Shown one piece after another: positions 51,301 to 62,500 of a stretch of 64,000 bases of DNA. Position 1 is the stretch's first letter; the number at the start of each line of letters is the position of its first letter. Where the stretch lies: contig NC_135765.1 in assembly GCF_052425735.1 (NCBI RefSeq), positions 868,001 to 932,000 on the forward strand. Direction: 5' to 3'. Under the pieces are notes generated by a model. The model worked only from the letters and a program-made list of their open reading frames with translations, had not been told where the DNA came from and did not search any database. Both the position numbers and the translations under genes were made by a program. This DNA comes from Oculina patagonica. Its lineage: Eukaryota.

Positions 51301-54300
51301 ACAGCAAAGGTTTTACTAAAAGAATGGTTCTTTAAGTATGGCGTGCCTTTGAGGATCCACTCAGATCAGGGACGAAGTTTTGAGAATGCACTCATTACTG
51401 AACTTTGCAAGTTATACGACATTAAGAAGTCGCGTACCACCCCTTACCACCCACAAGGCAATGCTCAGTGTGAAAGATTCAACAGGACCATGCACAATTT
51501 GTTGCGATCCTTACCACCGGAGAAGAAGAGAAAATGGCCTGAACACTTGCCAGAATTATTGTACGCCTACAATGCAGTACCGCATGCCTCGACTAGTTAC
51601 TCGCCTTATTATCTGATGTTTCTAAGAGACCCAAGATTGCCTGCTGATCTACTACTTGGAGCAGAAGGTTCAGACCAACCAGAGATAGACTGGCTTGCCA
51701 CTCATAAAGAGCGCCTGAGAGATGCTTACCTCAAAGCAGGGGAGCAACTCAGACACCAAGCAGAAGCCAGGAAAGCCGCAAATGACAAAAGAAGCTTCGA
51801 CCCACCAGTTGAGAAAGGACAGTTTGTATATCTTCGCAGTCACCCAAAAGGCAGAAACAAGATCCAGGATGCATGGGACCCAACCCTGTATCGCGTTGAA
51901 AATACACCTGGACCTGAAGGAGTAGTCTATACAGTTGTACCAGCCCATGGCAATGGACCAGCTAAGAGAGTACACCGAACCCTGATGAGACCTTGTCAAA
52001 AGACAGTACAGCCGTGTCCAGTAACAAGCCCTGTCAGTCATTCCAGCCCCTCCAGTTCCAGACCCAGTAATAGAGTCCTAGATCCCGCACTTGGAGATGA
52101 TGAGTTTATTGTAATGGCAAGAAGCCCCCGTACTGCAATGAATGCTGCAAATCCCCCAGACCCAGCATCACAAGTTCCAGAACCCGAGGAAATTCCAGAG
52201 CAGAACCCCACAGAAACTGCTGCAGAACCTCCAGATTCCTACGAGCCTGCAGTTCCAGTAATACCAGTTGCTGAAACAGAACCCCCAGGAGAAGTACCAG
52301 AGCCCCATGAACCCGCAGATCCAGTACCGTTAGCTGAAGCAGAACCCCCAGGAGAAGTGTTACCAGAAGAGCTGTTAGAACCTGTTGCTGAAGCAGAGGA
52401 TACCACAGTTAGACGTTCAACCCGCACAACAGCAGGACAGAATCCCAACCCGTACAGAGAGCCCAGATCAGCAGTGAACAATTCTGTGACTGTTACTGTT
52501 AAGGACCTTCCGCTATATTTCATTTTACTTATATGGGCAATAGCATATAGCTTTTGGTAGAACATAAAATCAAGTTTCGTTTCCATAGAAACACATAGGT
52601 CTGTCGAGGACGACGACCTTAGCAGGGGAGAAATGTAACCGAGCTCGATTATACGTGACAAAGCAATTTTTCGGTTTCAATTTGTGGTTCTGTTTATCTC
52701 GGTTCCCACGGAAAGTATCCCTTTCGGTTATGCTTTGTGGTTGTATTTGTCACACCAAGCTCTGTCATATTTCTCCCACACGATACATGTGCAGGAAGGC
52801 AAATGATTAAATTTATCACGCTTTAGTATGCCAGCATTGTTTCAGGAAAACCGCTAAGATTACTGTTTCTTTATCTATTGTGCAGTTAGAGCACGTATAT
52901 GTTTTGTGGTTATGCCTACATGAATGGAGACACAGAAAACAGGAAAGTTTCATTAGTTTGTGGCTTACCTAGCCAAGGTTGACCAATCGAATTGTTAAAA
53001 ACAGGATGTCAGCCATTTAGTTTCTTTGAGCTCGTTGTTTATTGTGTTAAACGGGTATATTAGACGCCCAACACGTTCTAATTACACACAAGTTAGAGTC
53101 CATCGCCGAACGAACATCTAGCCTTCCAAGTTCTTGAGAGTTCTCCCCTCGCACGGAGTGGGTAAGTGTTCTTTCTTTCGTATATTTCGCTCGGTGATTC
53201 TAGTTTGCTATCGAGGTCATCAAGACGATTATGTTTCCCGTCGTTAGATTCCTTCGTTTTCTAGTTTTCGTCGTTTACCTTGTAGTTCAAGAAAGAGTAG
53301 TTCGTCGTAAGAGTTTTCCTTATGTATTGTAGAGTTCGTAGTCCTTTAGTTTAGCTTTTAGCTTTAGTTTTATCGTAGGTTTTCCGCGACGAACGTAGCT
53401 TCCAAACATGTTTGTATTTCTCAATGACCTCGTGTTTAGTTCGCATGATTAGTCACGTGCCGTTTGTCACGGTTCATTACTCTCGTCGCTCGCTTCAGTA
53501 GCGCACGTGGTTTTGTTTACAAGTGTCGGTTTCTATAATTCGCTCGTAGTTTTAGCTATTATTGTGATTGTTGTACTCGCAGTTTAGTAATTTTAGCGCG
53601 TTTGTTCCTTAGCGCTATTGCCCTTTTTCTTAGCCTTTTATTATTGCCTTTTGTGCTTGCTTGCTTAATCTTGTTACTTACTAAATTTTTGTGTAATTGT
53701 TTGGCCAATAAATTGACATATACAGATTTCACATTTGTCATTCGTTGCTCGCTACCCTCTTTACTCGCGCGGCTCGGTCACACAACAATTAAAAAATTAC
53801 CGGTACTCAACATGAGTTTCTCTTAAACCAGTGACTGTACCTTGTTTGAACTCCTTTTTCTCTTTTTGTTTTCCACAGAAGAATACAAGAGATTTAGTAA
53901 ATGTAAGTACTGTAAAATACACATTATAGACTGACAACACTGAACAGTCTAATCCCAATTACTTCAACCTTCAAGGGTAAAAAATGGTTTGAGGAATCGG
54001 GTGTACAGGGCTGGCTGTTCAGTGTTTTTATTTCTGGGAGACAATATTTTAACTGGCCCTTTGTTGATCTGCACAGGTGGATGACTTAAATTCCATGTAT
54101 GAAGAAATATATGACAAGTCTAGAGATGTTGATGAAAGAGACTTCTTTGACAAAGATGGCTACTTGTGGATTCCCTTCAGTGAAACAGACAGCACTGCAA
54201 CCTTGAATGGAGGTGCTGCCAATACAGCTGTGCATGACGAGTGCCATACAACTACAAATACAACAACCACAACAACATCTATTCCAGAATCAAGGTACTA

Positions 54301-56830
54301 TAAGGGCTGGGGGACTGCTTTGATAATTCAGGGCTTGAAAAAAGTGCTGTCTTGTCTTTTGGGACAAGTAGATTTTGCTGCCGGGCAAGTCGTCTGCTTA
54401 CTTAATCATAGAAAAGTAAAATATATAAAGGCAAGCATGCAACAGCCCATGACAAGCAAAGTTTGAGAGCTGATGAGCATTTACTATATTATTATGTTAC
54501 TGAATGTACTCATCTATTTTCTGTTTAGAGGGTCTTATCTGACAGGTCAATCATCATTCACTGATTTAAGAGCTACACTTGAAGAGGCCAGGTACAGTAT
54601 ACAGTTCTTTCTTAATTGATGTTACAGTGGAATTTTGATTAGTCTAAATAACACATTGGTTAGCCTAAATAGCACTGGTTAGGTAGCTTGCAGTTGTGTA
54701 AATCATTACCTAAGTGATGATAGTTAATTGTTGAGTGATGTAACAGTGCCTTGTTAAGCAAGTTATCCAGAATCATATGTCAGTCGTAATCTCTTGTCGA
54801 TCTGTTCGAACCACTTTTTGGTTCAATCTCCGAACTTCATGGCTCATCAAGGTTCTACTTCTCCCGTTCTTCCCCGACGTTCAGGCAGGAAAGTCAAGCC
54901 GAACAGGGATCCCGACTGTGAATACATGCAAATGCATATTGATCAACTCGATCGCGAACTCGCCGCGTCGGGGCTATCGCCTCATGCTCCGCTAATGACA
55001 TCTCATGGTTCTCCTTTTCTGAGGCAGCTCTCTGATCCTCCGGTCGCTGTTTCACCCACGTCTACAATAGCAGCGGAGATCAAACTGGGTCAACTGCAGC
55101 AAGCAAAGTTGGCTCTCGAGCTGGAAGTTTTAAAGCTCCGTGCCACGGCTGTGGAACAAAAGGTTGAGGGGATTTGGGATTTCTGGCTCACATGGCTTGC
55201 GAGTCATGCAAGCCATTCTGGTTAGCCTAAAATTAATAGCACTCCAGTTAGCCTAAATAGCAGTCCAGTTAGCTTGCAGTTAGTTTAGGTAGCTTGTGGT
55301 TAGCCATTGTATTGGGATTCAAGATTTCTGGACCTCCCAATTGGCCCACTGGCTCACATATTGTCCACACTCAATCTGTTTAAAATAGCTTAACTGACCG
55401 ACAATGTAGAAGTGCCATTAACAACACTAGCCCAAAACTGCTCAGGCTGACTGCTGTTCTTATTTTTCTTTTAGTCATATGCCAAGTCAGGAGCTGATCA
55501 GATTTTGGAATGTAAGTATGCTGTACTAGAGCTTAGATACTAGCTACAGTAGTTAACCCTGAGATTCCAGGACCAAAAGGCCAAAAGTACCTCTCTTTGT
55601 CAAAATCACACATGTTAATTCTGAATTCCAAGTCTTCCACTATTCCACCCAAAATTTTCAAAGTTCCTGATCATTCTTGGCTGCAAAATAACAAATTGTC
55701 TAGACTTGTCTTCATTCCAACTGTCTTAACAACTTTGAATCCGTCATCAGTTTGGTTCACCTAATTAATAGTTTAATAACTATTATGATGCAAGGAGTTA
55801 TTTCTTTTGGCAGCTGTTAATTATTAACATCTTTTCATGCCCATGTAGTGTTGCCAAAGAAATCCTCAAAATCTAATACAGTCGCAATTAACTGGTAAGG
55901 ATGTGAACTTTTCATTTTATCATATCACTGGTTTTTGTTAATGTACAACAACAACAATAGCAACTGTAAATGAAATGGGTTTTATTTCAATTTTCCAGCT
56001 GTCCAGGACAGTTTTATAAAAGGCTTTAATGATGCCGCAGTTACCCAAGACAGTAACACTTCAATTCAGGTAAATTATTGTTATATATTATACTGGTTTT
56101 TTAAAATATCATTTTAATTTCTGTCAGAAACCACAACTTAATTTAATGGGACTTTGCAAAGTTCTGTTGAAAACTTCCAGGAAGATTTCCAAGAAACTTA
56201 AATAACAGTGTCATGGAAAACTTTTCACATGACTGTAGACTGCCAGTTTATTTATTCAGCAAAGCAATCACAATGAACATAAAATCAAATTCTAAAGGAA
56301 AACAGCTTAACTGTTATTCTTCAGTTGGTTTGAGTTAACTGTTGCATTGTATAACCATTGCAGATTTTTGTTCTAGCGAAGAAGCTGTATTATAGAGTAA
56401 TGGAAGCTATGCTTTTAGCGGTAAGTAAATGACTGTATAGTGAGTTTTGAATATAAAGTTGCTTACCATAATAATATCATCACTTGTATTAATTTTAGTT
56501 TTATAGGTAAACTGATACTGTAGTTTACCAGTCCAGTGTATCATTGAAATCTTCTCAACAAAATATATTGCTTGTTCCATAGGCCAGTAAACACAACAGC
56601 CAGCTCTTATCAGTTGAAGCGTTTTGTCTCTCAGTGAGAGATGGAACACTACCACTAATGGCCCAGAGCTAGTCTCAACACCAAGAGTGTTATGCTGTTA
56701 AGAGAACTAGAAAAGTTAGAAAGAAAGAGTAATTTTTATAAACTTTCTAAATTGTTGTCTTTCAGGAAGAGAAAAGATTATCTTGCAGTGACTTCAGGTA
56801 ATGCATAATTATAGGTGTCAAAAAAAATAA

Positions 56831-56891
<61 letters not shown>

Positions 56892-59510
56892 TATAGGTGT
56901 CACCAGAGGCCAACTCATGTTTTCTCTTGTATTAACTTTGTTTCATTTGTTGTTTTCAGTGCTCTGCTTAACAGTTCAGCTTTTCATGTTTCCCTTATGG
57001 CCTGTTCACTTGAAGTGGTTATGGCTGATAAAGGACTTCCATGTATGTAAAGTTTTGTTTTTTATTCTTTTCAGACACAGTTCTTGTCTAAAGGAGAAGA
57101 ACAAATAGGAGTATAATTCACCAAACTTTTAAACCTGAAACTGTAGGATCACTTATAGTAGGACTCTGCACGATCTTGAACAAAAAACCTTTGCCTTGGA
57201 TTTGGTCAAAGTTTTTCAGTCATTTACTACTTATTGGTTGTAAAAAAACCCTGCTATCTTGAACTCTGTTAACTTGAACTTGGAATGTGCCCTCATTTAC
57301 AATTATTTATTTTCAGGGCCAACTCTGGCATTTCCGTGGATTCTTAGCATTTTGAGATTGGAGGTAACATGAGGATGATTTAGTGATCTTGCTACAGTTT
57401 TCTAACTTAAGTCTGTAAAGGGCTGTGGCCTTGGCTTAGTAACTGATCTATGAGGGTTGAAGAAGAAAGAAAATTAAGTTTATTACCGCATGCTGAAAGA
57501 ATGAAGAAATGCAGATACCACATGATGAAAGAGTGAAGAAATGCAGACAATAAAGTTCAGTCTGTAGATAGCTAGACTGTCATTTGCCTAAGTATACCTC
57601 CATACCTCTGACACACATTCATGTAAAACTTTATTACAACTAATGGTTTGAACGATCAGTATGAACAATGGCTAATTTTCCTTTGTATTTCAGGCATTTG
57701 ATTTCTTCAAAGTGATTGAAAGTTTTATCCTTCATGAGCCACTTCTTGGCAGCAATTTAATTAAGGTGAGACGAAAAGTGGTTTTTTTTTTTTTCCTGAT
57801 TTTTTTTTTTTTTTTGGCTTTTTTAAAAAGAAGGGGCGAAACGCCAAAAAAATTTAGGGAATATAATAATTTAAAGCCGAAACAACCCAAATAAACAGTG
57901 GTAAATTGCATTCCTTCAACATGTAGTGGCCTGTTTTGCCCAGTTTAATGCACTGTTCGTAGATTTCCCTACAGAAGCATTTAAACTTTTTTTTTCCTTT
58001 CAGCATTTAAATCGGATTGAGGAGCAAGTGTTGGAGAGTTTGGCCTGGACAACAGTAAGTATGAATGTTATAGTGAAGGATTTTTTTTTCATGTAGAAAG
58101 CTCACATGTCTTTTGGACAAAAAATTGTGTGCAGAGAATGAAGCATAGTAGAGTAGAATACACAAGTGATCAGTTTCATTCCTGAAGTAAGAATTTTCCA
58201 TGCTACAGTCACTTGGTACATACTTTTTCTTTTAGGATATCATCAATGACAATTTTCTATCCTTGTTCCTTTATTTAATTCCAGGGTTCACCACTTTTGA
58301 AAGCAATGGAGACTTCCTACCCACATTCTGACCCTGTAGCAATGTAAGTACTAGGGTGGGGGCGGCAAGCCTTTTTTTTAAAAAGTAAATTTTTTTTTTT
58401 TTTCCACCCCACCCCACCCCAGCATAGTATGCCCTAGTAATTTGCCAGTACCCATTTCTACATGTACTCCTGAGTGGATAGAGGCACTGAGAGTTAAGTG
58501 TCTTGCCCAAGAACATAACACAATTTAATTCAGCCAGCACTCAAACCCTGGCCACTCGAACCGTACTGACCAGTTGGCGACCACGTCAATCAACTTGCAT
58601 GTAGAATACCGTAATGATTCGATTTAGCGCCCTCCTTCCAATAAGCGCCCCCTTTCGAATAAGCGCCCCCCTTCGAATGTGTTTTTGTTAATAAGCGCCC
58701 CTATTCCAATAAGCGCCCCCATTCTAATGAGCGCCCTCATTCTTATAAGTGCCCCTATTCTAATAAGCGCCCCCTATTGTGGATAACTGCCCCTACTGAA
58801 GTCATCGACGTCGAATAGATAAACGCATGAACATTTACCGTACCGTACATGTATATATTTGCTGCTAAAATGCACAGTTCTTTTAAAAGTAGCTGAACTT
58901 TCAACAATTTGCTACTGTTACAGTTTCTGTCATTGTTAGTTATCTTAATACTTATTTAAGTTTTGTTTTGAATATTTGGTTGTTTCTCGAAAAATTAAAT
59001 AAGCGCCCTGTCTCGAATAAGCGCCCTCCCTTGAGGTGCCAAAAGTAAATAAGCGCCCCAGGCGCTAAATCGAATCATTACGGTACAATGATTTGTTTGG
59101 TATTTTTTTAAGATTTTGCTGCCAGTTTTTGGACAAAGTTTATATTTTGCATGTGCTTGTGACATTGTTTTTTTTTCTGTTTAGCAGCTCTGGTCAACAG
59201 CGAAAGAAATCTCAACCTCTAAATCTGTTTTTAAGAAAAGGTTAGTTCCAAGAACAAGTGTACTCTACTAGAAACGTTTTTTTTTTAATGTAGTTACCCA
59301 AGAGTGAAGTCAGGATTGTGTACTGTTGAGATGTGGGCCTCGGTACAAGTGTTGTATTGTTTTACGCTTTATTTTATTCTTTCCTTGTTTTCGTATTTCT
59401 ACAGTTAACCAGTTGGCCTATCATCGCTTAACATTGCTTTGCAATAAACTTGATGTTGACGATGTACTGGTGAGCATGATATAAATAGTAATTTTGAATA
59501 AGGATTTTTT

Positions 59511-59567
<57 letters not shown>

Positions 59568-62500
59568 TTGACAATGAAATTGCAACTTTCCGGAGCTATA
59601 GAATACGAATGTAATTTTTCTTTTTTTCCGGGGGGGGTAAAAAAGTTCAGTATACCATTTTATTAATGCCTTTGTCTTCATTTCAGCGCGGTCACATGTG
59701 GACATGCTTAGAACAGTCATTAAGATTTCACTGGCAGTTAATGAAGGACCGCCATTTGGACCAGGTATGAAACGGGCTTACTTGCTTTCAGCATTTTAAA
59801 CATAAAAAGTTAATGGTACCCCTTTCACATACCTGCAGATCCTTTTCGGAAGTTTTTACTAAAAAGTGGCTCTTTTTTTACGCCATAAAACACGGAGATA
59901 GATCGGCCGTTGGGTGCGTCTGTTTTAGATATTTTGAAAGATCCTCTTAAATATCTTTTTCACCTCCCTTTCTCCACTTCAAGTCGTGAAATCACCACCT
60001 TTCATATACCTCTGGTCTGAAAAAGGTAGCCCTTTCAAAATTCCTAATTGAGTTCAAAACGGGGAATAAGTAACTTTTAAAAAAAGAGGTGACTGTTGTT
60101 AACAAAGTAGTATTTTTTTTCGTTCCAGATGCTTCTGTGTGCAGTGTATGCTATCTCCAAAGTAGTCGGTAAAGAGATCCAGTTTAAACAGATCGTTTCG
60201 TCCTACAAAGGCCTACCATTTGCCTGTGCGCAAGTAAGTTCTTAACAATGCTGTGTGACCAGCATTTATATTCTTCTAAGTGTTCTTCGTACATTTGCTA
60301 TAATTCCTCTTGAAAGAATTTGGAAGGCGTTTTTCTTGAGAGAAATAACGAACAAAAAACTGGGATGTAAAAGAACTTTTAGAACCGAACGAAGGCGGTC
60401 TAGGGTAGAAGGCCTGTCCCACGCTTTTGCATGAATGAATGTTGGACCCAAAGGGGCCGAAAATCCTCCTCCTTTTAAGCAAGAAAAGGACGAACTCCAC
60501 TCTCCTCATCCTCCCTGTTTTGAGCACATTTGGATCTGGGTTCCGCATTGTTTTAGTTTTATTTCTTGCCTTCGCAGCTGTTATTTGGATCGTCACGGGC
60601 ATTGCTGTGCCAAAATGAGTTAAGAGCTGATGATAACGAAAATAAACAGTTACCAAAACACAATGGCCGAGCCCTTAAAATTTTGTCAAACCTCCCTCTT
60701 AACAGGTGTACAGGGGAACTCCAGGTAAAGAGCAAGATTCTATCATTGGATTCTACAACAAGGTGTACATGGTAGCCATGAAGACCAATATTCTACAGTT
60801 TGCACCAAACAAGGTGAGCCAGCCAGCTCTTTCTCTATCATCTTTCTAGTCACTCGAATGTTGTAGATCCTGTTTATCTTGTTTACTGACTCTCGACGTA
60901 ACGGCTACCTTTCCTGCCTGAGCCCACGGGCTTCGGAGGCGGTAGCGGTGTTGCTAAGCAACATGACGTGTGTTTTTTTAAATAAGTTGACGTAGCAACT
61001 TCGATGCTTGCACGAGCGCTCGTGCAATTAGGCTAAATTTCCGCCGTTCTCTCTCGTGCGCGCGCGTCCGGTCTTCGTTCCTCCCCGAGGAGGGTTTGGG
61101 GGAGAGAAGCTCGGGCTCATTTTCCCGAACAGCAGCTGATAGTCGAAGGTATCGTGCAATGTTCTGATTGATTTCTAAGATTCGTTATCTCTTGTAGTAT
61201 TTTTATATGGATTAACCAAAAAGATTATTACAAATGGTGTTTCTTTTTTTTTCTTATTAGAATCCGCCTGTTTCTCCCGCTCCCAAGAGCTCGCTGAGGT
61301 ATGCATGGTATACAGCTTGTTTGTCCCTTTTTTTTTCTTTTCTCTGTCTTTTCTTATGTGCTAAATCGTTGTTTGCTTGTTGCTTCTCCTCTCGCTCACC
61401 TACGTGGTTGGTCGTTTCTCTGCTTACCGTATATTTTGTTTCGTTTTCTGTTGAGGTGGCTGTGACATGTTGTTTTTAACGCTTTCATAGGATTCCTGGA
61501 AAGAAGAATTTTTATTTGTCTCCTTTGAAAAAAACTCCAAGCGAAACGTTGACTCCAAAATCAAGGTGAGAAAGCAGTTAATACGAAAATAATTTGTTTT
61601 ATTTATTGCTTTTGATAAATTAAATTTTGGAGTTTTAATCTTTTTAGTCTTTCAGTTAGCTAGATAGTCTGTTTAGTGTTTTTAGTTGTTAGTTAGCTAG
61701 TTTAGTTAATTAGTTTGTTTGTTAGTCAGTTGGTTAACTTAGTTATTTATATAGCCTGTAGTTTTATTTTGTTATTTTTTTCTGGTTTATGAATTGATTT
61801 TTAACGTATTGTAATTATTGTATTTTTAAATTTATAATGTGAGGGCCACAAGTTTGTAAGTAAATGTTCACTTTTATGTGTTACCCTCTTTAAATAAAGA
61901 CGTTCTTCTTTCTCAATATACTCGTCACTCCGAACAACATACTGGATTCTTCTTGCCTCAGTTTTAGCATAGCAATAAAAAAAATTCTGATAAACTGTTT
62001 TACGTGTTGTCTTTTTAGGTCGTTATACAGCTTCGGGGAGTCTCCAGGGGTAAGTTGATTGAATTGAAACCGTGTGCTAGAATAAACAGCTGAACCTTTT
62101 TCACTCCGAGAATGTCCAGGGTAAAAAAGAAAGGTCCTGAATTTTATGCTCAAAAGCTTTTGTATTTGAATGGTCACACACTATGTTAAAAGTGTCAACC
62201 ACCTTGTACAGCGTATAGGCATACATAATATTCATTTCTGCAGGAGGAAAAACCTTAATCTGTACAGCATAATAAACAATACCAAGATTTCATTCAGTGA
62301 TTTCTCAAAGTATGTTATTCAGCGTTTTCTAAAGAAAACATTTTCGTTCAATGTTTTACCCGACAATTTATCTTTTTTATAGAGAGGTCGTCCGCTGTTT
62401 CCACTCTAATGCGATGTTGTATATTTTATGTTTTATTTCTAGTCTGGTGACCGCGAGAGTCTGTCGAGAATCAACGCTTCAATGCGAGCAGCTGTGCACA

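Larger units (their letters stand above)
45866..53782 (+). mobile_element. Full-length Ty3/Gypsy LTR retrotransposon (7917 bp) in an RB1 intron
   Basis: LTRs 45866-47015 and 52634-53782 with ends TGTAACCGAGC...GCTCGGTCACA. 4-bp TSD CAAC at 45862-45865 and 53783-53786. PBS, polypurine tract and intact gag and pol (order PR-RT-RH-IN) are all present. Confidence 0.98.

Noticed and set aside
56815-59720. Poly-Ile and poly-Lys ORFs
   Set aside because: Artefacts of the (TAA)n and poly-T tracts in RB1 introns.
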